From positions 164,902 to 228,901 of the forward strand of contig CAWEYG010000006.1 in assembly GCA_963813155.1 (NCBI GenBank): a DNA stretch of 64,000 bases, written 5' to 3'. Below, piece by piece: positions 1 through 12,530 of the stretch. Source of the DNA: an uncultured Acidobacteriota bacterium (lineage in GTDB: Bacteria > Acidobacteriota > Thermoanaerobaculia > UBA5066 > DATFVB01). Made by a program: the position numbers and the translations under genes. The notes under the pieces are model-generated. The model did no database searches. It was given only the letters and a program-made list of their open reading frames with translations, and was not told the origin of the DNA. Numbering within the stretch: the first letter of the stretch is position 1; each line of letters starts with the position of its first letter.

Positions 1-1871
1 TCGGCAAAACCGTTGACGGAGGCCTCTCCGCGCTCGGACTCGCGGGCGTGAAAGGCGCGCTGGCGGGCCCCAAGATCGAGATCGCTCCCGACTACCGCTG
101 GGGCGGGGAGGTTACGATCTTTTTCGTCGGGCTCTTCAATGCCGTCGTGACCGCTCTTCTCTGCGCGCTTTTCTTTGCGTTCAACCTCCGGCTCGGCGTT
201 TCGCCTCGCTGGGCGATTGCCGCCACGCTCCTGCTGGGAGCGGCATCCTATCCGGCCGTTCAGGCGACGACGTTCTTTCAGCATTCCGCCGAGGCGCTCT
301 TTCCGCTTCTCGCCGCCTATTTCCTCTATGCAGACTCGCGCTCGCCGAGCTTTCGCTCGCGGATGGCGGCGGGGATCTGTGCGGGCCTCCTCCTCCTGTT
401 CCGCTTCCAGGGGGCCGTGGCCCTGCCGGTGCTCTTCCTCTACCTGATCTGGACGTCGTGGCGGCGCGGTGCGCGGGCTCGAACCGTTCTCCGCGAGTCG
501 ATCCCGTTCGCCGTTCCCCTCGTGGCCGCGGTCGCCGTTCACGTTCTCGTCAACGCGATCAAATTCGGGCACTGGTCGATGACGGGCGCCTACGGAGAGC
601 AGGTTTCCTGGTTCCACAATCCCCTTCTCCGCGGGCTCTACGGCCTCCTGTTGAGTCCGGGCGAGGGCCTCTTCTGGTTCTGCCCGCTGTTGATCCTGCT
701 CCCCTGGACGATGCGATCGTTCTTTCGGAGTCACGCCGCGGAGGCGGCGCTCGTCGGCGGACTCTCGCTCTCGTACCTCTTCATGATCGCGAAATACGAC
801 CTCTGGCACGGCCAGTGGTGTTTCGGGCCGCGCTACCTGACGCCGATCATTCCGCTCCTGCTCCTTCCCCTCGGCGGGTGGATGGAGAGCCTCGGAAAGC
901 GATGCTGGAGGATCGTCGGGCCCCTCTCGGCGGCCGGCGCGTTCGTTGTTCTTCTGGGAATCGCCGTCAATTTCTCCTACGTCTATTACGACGAAGGGTA
1001 TTTCCGTGAACAGCCGCGCTATCCTTTCCTTTTCATTCCGCGGCGATCGCAGCTGCTGAGCCATGCGCGGGCGCTCTTTTCGATGGACAGGAGGGTCGAC
1101 CTCTGGCTTCTCAATGTCTGGCGGGGCTCCGGTTTCGGCGCGTTTCTCCTGGCGTCCCTTCCCCTCGGCGTCCTGATGTTCCTCGCGATCCGGGAATTGC
1201 GCCGGGCGCTCGCGGAATGTCCTTCCGACGCTTCGGAGGCGGGAAGCGCTCGATTGCTCCCCGGATCGCGCCTGCTCGGGGCGGCCGCCGCAGCGGTCGC
1301 GGTGGTCTGTCTCGCCGGAGCGGTCTTCTTCCGACCGGCGCCGGGCGCCGACGCAGATCGCCTGATGAAGGATGGGATGACCGCTCTCTATGACCGGCAC
1401 GCGCCCGAGGAAGCCGAGGCGGATTTTCGCCGCGTGCTGTCGGCCATCCCGAACCACTATGGCGCGACCTTTCAGCTGGCGCGCGCGTTGGACGCCGCCG
1501 GCAAGCCGGACGAGGCTCGCCTGCTCTGGATCCGGATGTTCTCGATGGCGGCCAACGACCCTCCCACGCTCGCGATCGTGAAGGAGAGGCTGTCGCAGCC
1601 CGACCGGGGTTCGTCGCCGGAAACGCTGATGAAATCGGGGATGGACCTGCTCTACGTCGCGCACGATCCCCGCCGGGCGGCCGACGCCTTCGAAAAAGTA
1701 CTCGCGGCGAATCCGGAGCACTACGGGGCAAATTACCAGATCGCGGTCGCGCTGGATCAGATCGGGCAGCCGGCGCGGGCGCGGGAATACTGGGAGAAGG
1801 TGCTTCGAATGGCCGAGGGCTATCGAGACGCCGCCACTCTCGCCACCGCGAAGGCGCGGCTCGCGCGGTGA
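1..1871 (+). CDS. GT-C fold multi-pass membrane glycosyltransferase with two C-terminal TPR modules (5' end outside window)
   Basis: Many hydrophobic helices and a WHGQWCFGPRYL motif. Two C-terminal MKxGMxxLY...PxHYGAxFQ/YQ TPR-like units. The frame is open back to the window edge and aligns with the paralog at 1868. Confidence 0.7.
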   Translation, partial: GKTVDGGLSALGLAGVKGALAGPKIEIAPDYRWGGEVTIFFVGLFNAVVTALLCALFFAFNLRLGVSPRWAIAATLLLGAASYPAVQATTFFQHSAEALFPLLAAYFLYADSRSPSFRSRMAAGICAGLLLLFRFQGAVALPVLFLYLIWTSWRRGARARTVLRESIPFAVPLVAAVAVHVLVNAIKFGHWSMTGAYGEQVSWFHNPLLRGLYGLLLSPGEGLFWFCPLLILLPWTMRSFFRSHAAEAALVGGLSLSYLFMIAKYDLWHGQWCFGPRYLTPIIPLLLLPLGGWMESLGKRCWRIVGPLSAAGAFVVLLGIAVNFSYVYYDEGYFREQPRYPFLFIPRRSQLLSHARALFSMDRRVDLWLLNVWRGSGFGAFLLASLPLGVLMFLAIRELRRALAECPSDASEAGSARLLPGSRLLGAAAAAVAVVCLAGAVFFRPAPGADADRLMKDGMTALYDRHAPEEAEADFRRVLSAIPNHYGATFQLARALDAAGKPDEARLLWIRMFSMAANDPPTLAIVKERLSQPDRGSSPETLMKSGMDLLYVAHDPRRAADAFEKVLAANPEHYGANYQIAVALDQIGQPARAREYWEKVLRMAEGYRDAATLATAKARLAR

Positions 1872-4034
1872 TGGAGGAGGCGACGGCGCCGACTTCGTCG
1901 CGGCTCGCCCGCCTTTCCCTGTGGCTGTTTCTCGCCGTCTTCGTGTTCTGCGCTTCGCTCACGAAGGGACACTTCGAAGGTTCCGACCAGATGGAGCTCT
2001 ACCAGACCTCCCAGGGCCTCTGGGAAAAAGGGACTCTTCACACGCTCGGAAGCTTCACGATTTTCCGCGACCGCTGGTTGAGCTACGCCCACACTTCCGT
2101 CGGCTCGGCCGTGCTCGCGCTTCCGCTCTACGGCGCGGGGAAGCTCGCGGACCGGACGCTCTCCGCGGCCGGCTTCGAGAAGGTGCGAAACGCCCTCGCG
2201 GGCCCGGTCATCGAGGTCAACCCGACGTGGCGCTGGGGCGGTGAAGTCCCCATCTTCTTCGTCGACCTCTTTCCCGCGCTCGCCGTCGCGGCCACCTGCG
2301 TGCTATTTCTCTTCTTCAATCTCCGTCTTGGAGTCGCTCCTCCGTGGGCCCTGGCGGGGGCGATTCTGCTCGGAACCTGCTCCTACCTCGCGTACAACGG
2401 CGCGGAGTTCTTCCAGCACCCGGCGGAATCGCTCTTTCTCCTGCTCGCCGTCTTTCTCCTGTCCGAGGACTTCCGCAGGCCGCGCCGGCGAATCCGTTGG
2501 CTCGCCGGCGCCGCCTCGGGCGCCCTCTTTCTCTGCCGCTACCAGACGGCGATCGCTCTTCCGGTTCTGCTTCTCGGCGCGACCTGGTCGTCCTCTCGTG
2601 CGGAGACTCCTCTGGCCGTCGGCTCGGCGCGATTCCGACGGCTGCTCCGCGACACGGCGCCGTTCGCGATTCCCGTGGCCTTTGCCGTCGTCGCGCACTT
2701 CGCCATCAACTATTCGAAGCTCGGTGTCCTGACGCTCATTCCGGAGTCCGCTTCGAACGAGCCGTTCCATTTCCACTTTCTCAACGGGCTCTACGGGCTG
2801 ATCGCGAGTCCCGGCGCCGGGATACTCCTGTTCTGTCCGCTTCTGGCGCTGCTGCCCTGGACGATCCCGCATTTTCGCGCGCGCCGGCCTTTCGAGACCG
2901 CGCTGATCGGCGGCCTGGCGTTCGTATACCTCGTCTTCTATGCGAACTTCGACTACTGGAGCGGGCAGTGGTGCTACGGGCCGCGGTATCTGACGGCGCT
3001 CGTTCCGCTCCTCTTTCTGGCCCTTCCGGGCTGGATGGAGAGCCGGGGCGAGAGGGGATGGAGATTCGTGGCCCCTCTGGCCGTCGCGGGCCTCGTCGTC
3101 GTGCTCCTCGGAGCCGCGGTCAATTATTCGTATGAGTATTTCGCAGCCGGCTATTCCAACTACAAGCCGATGTACGGATTCGTCTATTCGATCCGCGATT
3201 CGCAACTCGTGACCAACACGAAGGCCGTGCTGGCAGGCAATTACTGCGTGGACCTGTGGCTCGTTCAGCTTTCCAGAAGAACTGGCCCACGCGTTGCGTT
3301 CGTGGTCGCGGCGTCGCTGGCCGCCGTGTTCGGTCTTCGCGGTTCGGAGGGCGTTGCGCCTCGCCCGCGGGCTCTCGACGGAAGGGAGTCGCGAGTCGCT
3401 GCCCTCCGGGCGTTTCCTGAGGGGCGCCGCTTTGTCGGCCGTCGCTCTGTTCGTCGGCGGGACGGCGCTCCTCTACGCCCTGGACACCGGCTGGCGATGG
3501 TCCGACGAGCCCCGCGTCATGAAGGCGGGGATGGAAGCGCTCTACGTGCGCCACGACCCTGCGAAGGCGGCGGAGATCTTCCGTCGCGTGCTGTCGATGA
3601 GTCCGGACCACTACGGGGCGACCTTTCAGATCGGCAGGGCGCTCGACGAAGTCGGACGTCCCGACGAGGCGATGCGCTACTGGATCCGGATGCGCGCCAT
3701 GGCTGCCCGAATCGGCGACGGGGAGACCCTGCGCCTCGTGGACGAACGGCTGGCGAAGTCCTCGTCGGCGCCCTCCGAGACGCTCATGAAAGCGGGCATG
3801 CAGGCGCTCTACGACCGGAACGATCCGGGCGCGGCCGTCGACCTGTTCCGGCGAGTGATCGCATCCAATCCCGACCACTACGGCGCGAATTTCCAGATTG
3901 GCGTCGCGCTCGACCGACTCGGCCGGCGGTCCGAGGCGCGGCCGTTCTGGACGCGGGTCGCGAACATGGCCCGGGGGTACGGGGACCCGAGCACCGAAAA
4001 GATCGCGCGCGATCGGCTTCTCCGGGAACCGTGA
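1868..4034 (+). CDS. GT-C membrane glycosyltransferase with two TPR modules, paralog of the previous gene (frameshift near 3335)
   Basis: Shares WRWGGEVxIFFV, FFQHxAE and WSGQWCYGPRYL with gene 1. The TPR part lies in ORF 3294..4034. Start overlaps the upstream stop. Confidence 0.7.
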
Positions 4035-5968
4035 CGCCGGAAGAAGAGACCGCCGAGCGCGAGCGCTTCACCGGGCCGGCCGCGGCCCTGCTCCTCTTGT
4101 TCGTCGCGCTCGTGGTCTCGGCGGGATCGCAGAAATCGGAGACGTTCGACGAAGGCCTCTACGTCGCCGGGGGCGCGGCGCAGGTGCTGCACGCCGATCC
4201 GAACATCCGGTTCGGCCACCCGCCGCTGTTGCGATGGATCTCGGGAATCCCGTCGGTCGTTTTTGGCGGCGCGCGGCTGCCCGGAGAGCCGCCCTGGATC
4301 GATCGCGGCGCCGTGGATTTCGAAAAGAGCGTTCCCGACCTCTTTCTCTATTCGGTCCGATTCTTTTACGACGGGGGCAACGATCACGATCGCGTGCTCT
4401 TCTGGGGGCGCTTTCCCTTCGCGCTCCTCGGAGCGCTGCTCGGCTGGCTCATCTTTTCGACGGCGCGCCGGCGGTTCGGTCCCTGGCCCGCCCTCGGTGC
4501 CCTCGTCCTGTTCCTCTTCACGCCGGAGGTCCTCGCGCACTCGCAGTGGGCGCACGCCGATCTCGCCTCCGCGCTGACGATCTTTCTCGTCGCGCTCGCC
4601 CTCGAGCGGGCGCTCCGCGACCCCTCCCCGCGGGCGGTCGCGCTTCTCGGCGGCGCGCTCGGGATCGCGGCGTCGACGAAGCTGACGGGGCTCCTTCTCG
4701 TGCCGCCCGTGTTTCTGCTGCTCGCGGCGCTTCTGCCCGGGAAGGCTCCGTGCTCGCGTCGAGCGCCTGGCGATTTCTGCCGCGTTGCGTTCTTGCGCCG
4801 TCGTCGTCGCGTCGTACCTTCCAAAACCCCGACTCTTCGGCCACGCGTTCTTCCGGAGCGATCTCTCCCGTCTTCATCTCGCCGCGCTCGATCCGGTGCT
4901 GCGCGTGATTCCACTCCCTGACAGCTTCCTGAAGGGGGTGATCTTCCTCCTGCTCGAAGGGCGCGGGCGGCCACCCCGCGTATTTCCACGGGCAGCTGTC
5001 CACGACGGGTGGTGGTACTACTTTCCCGTCGCGATCTTCTTGAAATACTCCGACACCGCTGCTGCTGCTCGCGGCCGCCGGGCTCGTGTTCCTGTGGCGG
5101 GGGAGCATGTCCCGGGCTTCGAAACTCGCCTGGGTGGTGCCTCCTCTGACGATCGTCGCGGCCGCAATGGCGCAGTCGGTGGACATCGGCGTGCGGAGCG
5201 TCCTTCCGATCGCGCCGTTTCTCGCGTCTCTGGAGCGCGGCGGCGTTCGACCGCTTCCGCCGCGGGACGGCCCGGAGCGCCGCGGTGCTGCTGCTGGGAG
5301 CGAGCGTCGCCTCGGGGATCCTCGCCTTTCCGAACTTTCTCTCCTACTTCAATCCGCTGATGGGGGGGAACCGCGCCGCGGACAAGTGGCTGGCGGATTC
5401 GAATCTCGACTGGGGGCAGGACCTCCCCGCGCTCGCGCGGGAGCTCCGCCGGCTCCGGATTTCGCCGGTGCGGGTCGACTATTTCGGCCTCGCTCGCCCC
5501 GAGCACTGGGGAATCCGCGGTCTCGATCCGAAAGTCGTCGCCCCCGGCTGGTATGCGATCTCCCGGAGCGCCCTGTGCGGCCTCTGGAAGGGAGGCGACC
5601 CGGACGCATGGCTCCGCCGCCTCGAGCCGGTCGCGATTCCGGGCGGCTCGATCTCGATCTATCAGGTGACGGCCGCGGACCTCGCGGGACTCGAGAAGAC
5701 CTCGGACGTCGATGACACCATGAAGCAGGGCATGCAGGCTCTCTACGACCGAAACGATCCCGGCGCCGCCGAAGAGCTCTTCCGGAAGGTCCTCGCGGCC
5801 AACCCGGATCACTACGGCGCGAATTACCAGATCGGCGTCGCGCTCGACCGGCTGGGGAAACGCCCCGAAGCGCGTCCGTACTGGGAAAAATCCCTGAAGC
5901 TGGCGCAGCGCTACGCCGACGCGCCGACCCTGAGGACGGTCCAGGACCGCCTCGCAAAGGAGCCATAG
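4031..5968 (+). CDS. ArnT/PMT-like (GT39/GT83-type) glycosyltransferase with one TPR module (several frameshifts 4750-5285)
   Basis: SETFDEG, HPPL, GWWYYFPVA and DSNLDWGQDL motifs spread over several frames. GTG start overlaps the upstream TGA. Confidence 0.7.
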
Positions 5969-8110
5969 TGTCCCGGGCGGCGGCGGCGCTGATCGCCATT
6001 TTTGTCGCGCTCGTTCTCGTCGCGGGATACCGAAAGTCCGAAACGTTCGACGAGGGGCTCTTCATCGCCGGCGGCGTCGCCCAGGTCGAACACGGGAATC
6101 CGAACATCGATCTGATGCATCCTCCGCTCCTGCGCTGGATCGCCGGGATCCCGGCGATCCTCCTGGGTCGAGCCCGCCTCCCTCCCAATCCTCCGTGGGT
6201 TGTGCGTCGCGACCTCGATCTCGAAGTTCGCTCGCTGGCGGTTTTTCCTTATGCGGTTTCGTTCTTCTACGACGCGAACTCTCACGACCGCGTTCTCTTC
6301 TGGGGGCGGTTTCCGTTCGCGCTCCTCGGGGCGCTCCTCGGCTGGCTCGTTTACTCGACCTGCCGCCGCCTGTTCGGTCCGTGGCCGGCGCTCGGCGCCC
6401 TTGCGCTGTGCCTGTTCACGCCGGAGGTCCTTGCGCACTCGCAGTGGGCCCACTCGGACCTCGCCTCGGCGCTGACGATCTTCGTCGTTGCGATCGCGCT
6501 GGAGCGGGCTCTGCGCGAGCCGTCGATGCGGGCCGCGGCGCTTCTCGGAGGGGCGCTCGGAATCGCGGCGGCCACGAAGATCACGGCGATTCTCGTCGTG
6601 CTGCCCGTGCTCCTGCTGCTCGCCGCCTTTCATCGCGGAGGGCTTCGCTCGCTCGCGGGGCGGATGGCGATCGCGGCCGGCGCGCTCTTCGCCGTGATCG
6701 CCGCGGCGTACCTGCCACGGCCGCGGCTGTTCGGCCACGAATTCCTCCCGGGCGATCTCGAGAAGCTCGGCGTCTCGGCGCTCGCGCCCGTTCTCCGCGT
6801 CCTGCCGCTTCCCGATACTTTTCTGAAGGGCCTCGTCTGCCATGGGCTCATCGGCCAGCATGGGCAGACCGCGTTTTTCCACGGCCAGGTTTCGACGGCG
6901 GGGTGGTGGTATTACTTTCCGGTCGCGATCTTCCTGAAATACCCCACGCCGTTGCTGCTCCTCGCGCTGGCGGGGCTCGCGGTTCTGTGGCGTGGGGGCA
7001 TGCCGCTGTCCTCGAAATTCGCCTGGACCGTGCCCCCGCTGACGATTCTGGCCGCCGCGATGGCGCAGTCGGAGGACATCGGCGTGCGGAGCGTGCTCGC
7101 GATCGCGCCGTTTCTCGCGCTCTGGAGCGCGGCGGCGTTCCGACCGCTTCCGCCGCGGGACGGCCCGGGGCGCCGCAGTGCTGCTGCTCGGAGCGAGCGT
7201 CGCTCGGGGACCTCGCGCGTTTCCGAATTTTCTCTCCTATTTCAATCCGCTGATGGGCGGAAACCGCGCCGCGGACAAGTGGCTGGCGGATTCGAACCTC
7301 GACTGGGGGCAGGACCTTCCCGCGCTCGCGAAGGAGCTGAATCGGCGGGGGATTTCTTCCGTTCGCCTCGACTACTTCGGGCGCGCGCAGCCCTCGCACT
7401 GGGGAATTGCCGGCCTTGACCCCACCGTCGTTGCTCCCGGCTGGTATGCGATCTCCCGCAGCGCCCTGTCCGGCATCTGGAGGAAGGAAGACCCGCACTG
7501 GTGGCTCCGGCGCCTCGAGCCGGAGGCCATTCCGGGAGGTTCCATCTCCCTCTACCGTGTGACTCGCGCCCAGCTCGAAGCGCTCGAGAGAGACCTCATG
7601 GCCGAGGGCCTGAAAGCCCTCACCGGGAACCGCGACCCCGGAAGAGCCGCGGAGAGCTTCTCGCGAGTCCTCCGCCTGAATCCCGTGCACTACGGCGCGA
7701 CGTTTCAGCTCGCGAGGGCCCTCGACGACGCGGGCCGGCCGGGGGAAGCGCGGCCGGTATGGTTTCGCATGCTCACGCTCGCGCAATCGGCGAAAGACGA
7801 GGGCACGGTGAAGATGGCCCAGGATCGTCTGTCGCGGTCGGACGTCGTCACCGAAGAAACGCTCATGCACCTCGGCCTCGACTCGCTCTACCGTCTCGGG
7901 GACCCTGCCGGCGCCGCGACGCGATTCCAGGAAGTCCTCCGCCGCAATCCGGGGCACTACGGCGCGCTCTTCCAGATGGCGTCTGCGCTCGACCGGGCGG
8001 GGCGCCGCGCGGAAGCGCGGCCGTACTGGGAGAAGGTCCTGGCGGCCGCGGTCGTTTACCGGGACGAAGGCACCGCCCGGACGGCGCGCGAGCGGCTGCG
8101 CGCCCCTTAG
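5968..8110 (+). CDS. ArnT/PMT-like glycosyltransferase with two TPR modules, paralog of the previous gene (frameshift near 7140)
   Basis: ORFs 5968..7419 and 7178..8110 together hold the SETFDEG, HPPL, GWWYYFPVA and DSNLDWGQDL motifs and two TPR units. Confidence 0.72.
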
Positions 8111-8144
8111 GGAGCGCTTCCCGTGGAGGGAGACGCGTCGAGCA

Positions 8145-9251
8145 TCAGGCCGGCCCGGCGACATCCGCGAGCGAGCTCGCCGCGAACTCCACCTGTTCGT
8201 CGGACATCTCCGGAAACAGGGGCATGCTGAAGACGCGTTCGCAGGCCCGCTCGGTGTGGGGCAGGCTTCCGGCCGCGAGTCCCAGCGGCTCGTAGGCCTT
8301 CTGCAGGTGGACGGGGATGGGGTAGTGAACGGCGGTCTGCACGCCTCTCGCTTCGAGCTCGGCGCGCACCCGGTCCCGTTCGTCCACGTAGACGACGAAC
8401 AGATGATTCGCCGACTCCGCGTGCGGCGCGTCCTTCGGAAGGTCCACGCGCGCGCCGGCCAGCAGCTCCCGGTAGCGCCGGCAGATCTCCCGGCGCCGCG
8501 CCGTCCATTGCGGCAGGCGGCGCAGTTTCACGCGCAGCACCGCTCCCTGAAAGCCTTCCATGCGGTAGTTGTAGCCGATTCGGTCGTGATGGTAGCGCCG
8601 CGCCTCGCCGTGGGTGCGGAGCTGCCGGGCGAGCCCGGCGACGGCGTCGTCGTTCGTCGTCAGCGCGCCGCCCTCGCCGTAGGCGCCGAGGTTCTTGCCG
8701 GGATAGAAGCTGAACGCGGCGGCGACGCCGAAGCTCCCGACCGTCCGGCCGCGGTAGCGGGCGCCGTGAGCCTGGCAGGCGTCCTCGACCACGGGAATGC
8801 CGCGCCGCCGGCCCAGCTCGAGGATCGGGTCGAGCTCGGCCGGGCGTCCGTAGAGGTGCACCGGCAGGATCGCCTTCGTCCGCGGTGTGAGCGCGGCCTC
8901 GATGCGCGCCGGGTCGATGTTCGACGTCGCGGGATCGATGTCCACGAACACGGGACGCGCCCCGGCGTAGGAAATGGCCGCGACGGTCGCGATGAACGTG
9001 TTCGCGGTCGTGACGACCTCGTCGCCCGGGCCGACCCCGGCGCACAGAAGCGCCAGGTGCACGGCGCTCGTTCCGGAGTTCAGGGCGACGCAGTGTTTGG
9101 CCTCGCAGAAGTCCGCGAATTCCCGTTCGAACGCCTCGACTTCGGGACCGAGGACGAATCCGGACGCCTGGCAGCTGCGGTCCAGCGCCCCGAGGATCTC
9201 TTCGCGGAGGTCCGCGTACTGCGCCTTCAGGTCGAAATAGGGAACCTTCAT
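8145..9251 (-). CDS. DegT/DnrJ/EryC1/StrS family PLP-dependent sugar aminotransferase
   Basis: [12 protein letters not shown] start, [14 protein letters not shown] and [16 protein letters not shown] (PLP lysine) motifs. Confidence 0.93.
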   Translation of the reverse strand: MKVPYFDLKAQYADLREEILGALDRSCQASGFVLGPEVEAFEREFADFCEAKHCVALNSGTSAVHLALLCAGVGPGDEVVTTANTFIATVAAISYAGARPVFVDIDPATSNIDPARIEAALTPRTKAILPVHLYGRPAELDPILELGRRRGIPVVEDACQAHGARYRGRTVGSFGVAAAFSFYPGKNLGAYGEGGALTTNDDAVAGLARQLRTHGEARRYHHDRIGYNYRMEGFQGAVLRVKLRRLPQWTARRREICRRYRELLAGARVDLPKDAPHAESANHLFVVYVDERDRVRAELEARGVQTAVHYPIPVHLQKAYEPLGLAAGSLPHTERACERVFSMPLFPEMSDEQVEFAASSLADVAGPA

Positions 9252-9742
9252 CGTCGGGGCTCCTTCTCTTCGAGCCGGCGGATCACGCGCGCCGGATTGC
9301 CGGCGACGACGGTGAAAGCGGGCACGTCGCGCGTCACGACGCTCCCGGCTCCCACGAGCGCGCCCTCGCCGATCGTGACGCCGCACAGGATCACGGCCCC
9401 GCTTCCGATCGTGGCCTTCCGGCGGACGCGCGATCCGACGAGGCTCCAGTCGCCGTCGCTCTGGAGCGAACCGTCCGGGTTCGTGGCCACGGGATACCGG
9501 TCGTTGATGAACACCACGTGATGGCCGATGAAACACTCGTCCTCGATTTCGACGCCCTCGCAGACGAACGTGTGGCTCGAGATCTTGCACCGCTTCCCGA
9601 CGCGGGCGTTTTTCTGGATCTCGACGAACGCTCCGATCCGCGTCTCGTCGCCGATCTCACAGCCGTACAGATTCACGAGGCCGTGGATCCGGACGTCGCG
9701 GCCGAACTTGACGTCCGGCGAGATTCGGGAAAATTCCGGCAT
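9248..9742 (-). CDS. Hexapeptide-repeat sugar N-acetyltransferase (WbpD/WlbB-like)
   Basis: Left-handed beta-helix repeats, [28 protein letters not shown] and [11 protein letters not shown]...GNPAR. Stop overlaps the aminotransferase start. Confidence 0.88.
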   Translation of the reverse strand: MPEFSRISPDVKFGRDVRIHGLVNLYGCEIGDETRIGAFVEIQKNARVGKRCKISSHTFVCEGVEIEDECFIGHHVVFINDRYPVATNPDGSLQSDGDWSLVGSRVRRKATIGSGAVILCGVTIGEGALVGAGSVVTRDVPAFTVVAGNPARVIRRLEEKEPRR

Positions 9743-9797
9743 GTGTGACGCGCATGATAGCGCGACCTTGAAGCGGCACAGTCAAGAATGTCTCCAG

Positions 9798-9828
9798 AAA
9801 AGAAAACGGCGGGCCCGAAGGCCCGCCG
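9798..9828 (-). terminator. Rho-independent terminator after collagen-like gene 1
   Basis: 9-bp stem cggcgggcc/ggcccgccg with a UUCG loop on the minus strand, followed by TTTTCTTTT. Confidence 0.85.
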
Positions 9829-9855
9829 CAGTTCTTCGTCGACTAGAGTTTGGGA

Positions 9856-12441
9856 TCAGATCGGCACTCCCAGCCGAAGAACGCACTTCCGGCGTGTCAT
9901 GCCGTTGTCCGGTTGCTGTTGTTGTACGCGGCCTCGATGCCAACCGTGGTGGCCGCCGAAATGGTTGCCGTGCAACGCCGCGAGTTGCACGTCGTGCGCC
10001 GGATCCGTGATCGTGCAGGATCACAGCCGTTGATGCCGCCATCTCGCACGGATCGTAAAAGTCCGAGTGAAGTGCGTTGGCGAGCCTCCTCCCGTATTTC
10101 CCGGCGGCGTGTCAGCAAGACCGCAAGCTGCTTGCGCGGAGCATGCGCCGTTGGCCATCAACGTCTGACTGGCGGTCGTCTCGGTCGCCGCGGCGGCCGA
10201 AACACCCGAAGCCAAGGCATATTGCGTTTGGGTCGCCGCGTTCTTGGTCGTTCCCAGGCGAGTCAATGCTCCTGTCAGAGTTCGTCAGTGCCGAGGGCCC
10301 GACCACTCCCTGAGGTCCCGAGACGCCGCTCGGGCCGGAGGGTCCGCTCGGCCCCGGAATGCCCACGGTCCACTGGGCCCGGAGGGACCGCTGACGCCGG
10401 AGGGACCACTGACGCCGGACGGACCGCTGACGCCGGAAGGCCCGCTGGGTCCGCTGGGTCCGCTCGGGCCGGTCGGGCCGACGAGTCCCTGAGGTCCGCT
10501 GGGGCCGGACGGTCCGCTCACGCCGGAGGGTCCGTGGCACCGGGAAGGTCCGCTGGGCCCGGAGGGACCGCTCACGCCGGAAGGTCCGCTTCACGCCGGA
10601 GGGACCGCTCACACCGGAGGGACCGCTCAGACCGGAGGGACCGCTCGGTCCGGAGGGCCGCTCACACCCGAGGGGCCGCTGACACCGGAGGGCCCGCTCG
10701 GTCCGGACGGCCCGCTTACGCCGGAGGGACCGCTGACGCCGGAGGGACCGCTCGGTCCGGAGGGTCCGCTCACACCGGAAGGTCCGCTGACGCCGGACCG
10801 GTCCCGAAGGTCCGCTCGGCCCGGAGGGTCCGGTGGCGCCTTCCTGCGCAAGCAGGTTCCAGTCGGTAGTGACTCGCCGGATCGTCTCTGCCGGACAGCC
10901 GGAGGCATTGACGCAGACGAAGCTGGAGCCGCCGAATTCGACGGCGTCCCGGAAGTGTAGGCCGTTCCGGAATCGTCAGGCTCCCTGCCAGTTGAGGCCG
11001 TAGGGGCCGCTGGGACCCGAGACACCGCTCGGTCCGGAGGGACCGCTCGGTCCGAGAAGTCCTTGAGGTCCGCTGACACCCGAAGGTCCGCTGACGCCGG
11101 AGGGACCGCTCACGCCCGAAGGGCCGCTCACACCGGAGGGACCGCTGACACCAGAGGGACCGCTGACTCCCGAGGGACCGCTGACGCCGGAGGGACCGCT
11201 CGTCCGGAGGGTCCGCTCACGCCGGAAGGTCCGCTGACACCGGAGGGACCGCTCGGTCCCGAGGGTCCGCTGACACCGGAAGGTCCGCAGACGCCGCTCG
11301 GACCGGAAGGACCGCTCGGTCCGGAGGGGCCGGTAGCGCCTTCCTGGGCGAGCAGGTTCCAGTTGGGATCAGTACCCGGCGTGCCGGTGCAGCCGGCGAC
11401 GTTGTTACAGAAGTAGCTCGAGCCGCTGAATTCCACGGCGTCGCGGAAGTTGTACGTTCCCGCCGACCAGGTTCCCTGCCAGTTCAGACCGATGGGCCCG
11501 CTCGGTCCGCTGGGACCGGACGGCCCCAGAGCGCCGTTGGAGCCGGACAATCCCTGAGACCCTCTGGGTCCTGAGGGCCCGGAAGGGCCCGATGGACCCG
11601 AGGGACCGCTGGCGCCCAGTAGCGCCGTGTCGGGAAAGCTCATTTCGAATCCGGAAGCATCCTGACTTCCGTTGGCCACCTGCGCCCCCGCAAAGATCAC
11701 GTTGCCGCCGGCCGCGCTGCCCAGAGTCGAGGCCGAGGCCGCCACGACGGTGCCCACCAGGCGCGCGTTGGTCGTGGCGATGTTGGGGACGATGTCGTCG
11801 ATGTTGGTCTGGTAGTGCTCGAAGCCTCCCAGCGGATAGTCTTTTCCGCCGAGCGGGTTTCCCAGCGCGTCGAGAACGTCGATATGGAAGGTCGCCGGAT
11901 TGCCCGTGGTCTCCACCATCGCGAAGTTGTAACGGAAGTTTTCGTTTCCACCCTGGTTGACGCCCTGAATGGTGGAGGACTCGCCCGGCTGCAGGGCAAA
12001 GAGCGACGGCACGCCGGCAAAGAAAAGCCCCGTGCTGGTGCCGAGATCCTGACCGGCGGGGAGATTGAAAATCCTCGAAGAGACAAAGACATCTCCGCCC
12101 GAGGAGACGATGTGCCCGGCCCCGAGCGCCGCGGTCAATCCAAACTTGTTGAGCATGATGTCTTCGTACATCTTCGTTTCGCCGGGAGCCAGCGAGTCGG
12201 CAAAGGAGGTGGGATTGGGATTGGCCTGTCCCGAAGCGAGGAAGAAGAAACCGAACGAGACGGGCTGCGTCGAAGAGAGGTTGGTGATCCAGACCGTCGT
12301 GTAGAACTGCGAGCCGGAACTGCCCGCCACGCGTCCGATCGAAGTCAGGTATGCGTCGCTCGAGGGAAACCCGGCGAAGGCGGGAACCGCCGCGAACGCC
12401 AGGATGATCGAGACGAGGATCGACACGAGGTTCCGCTTCAT
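9856..12441 (-). CDS. Secreted collagen-like protein 1 (Gly-Pro/Val-Ser repeats, two CBM5/12-like modules, Cys-containing C-terminal head); multiple frameshifts, 3' end approximate
   Basis: Signal peptide ending AVPAFA, then an N-terminal beta domain and long GPS/GVS triplets. WxGxW..Y..RDAVEFxGSSY.C modules near 11340-11490 and 10840-11000. Confidence 0.8.
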
Positions 12442-12500
12442 CGCCGCCCCCTTCGGGAGAAAAATTCCAAGTTCCTAAATGACCGGGGATTCCGGCGAGA

Positions 12501-12530
12501 AGGATACCCCCCGAAGAAGAGGGGAGTCAA
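12501..12530 (-). promoter_or_regulatory. Sigma70-like promoter of collagen-like gene 1
   Basis: TTGACT-N18-TATCCT on the minus strand; the same arrangement lies upstream of the paralog. Confidence 0.6.

Noticed and set aside
5220-7180. Frameshift at nearly the same place in GT paralogs 3 and 4 as a conserved recoding site
   Set aside because: The extra bases are different and about 20 nt apart in the alignment (gcgtctctgg versus ttccgacc), with no slippery sequence.
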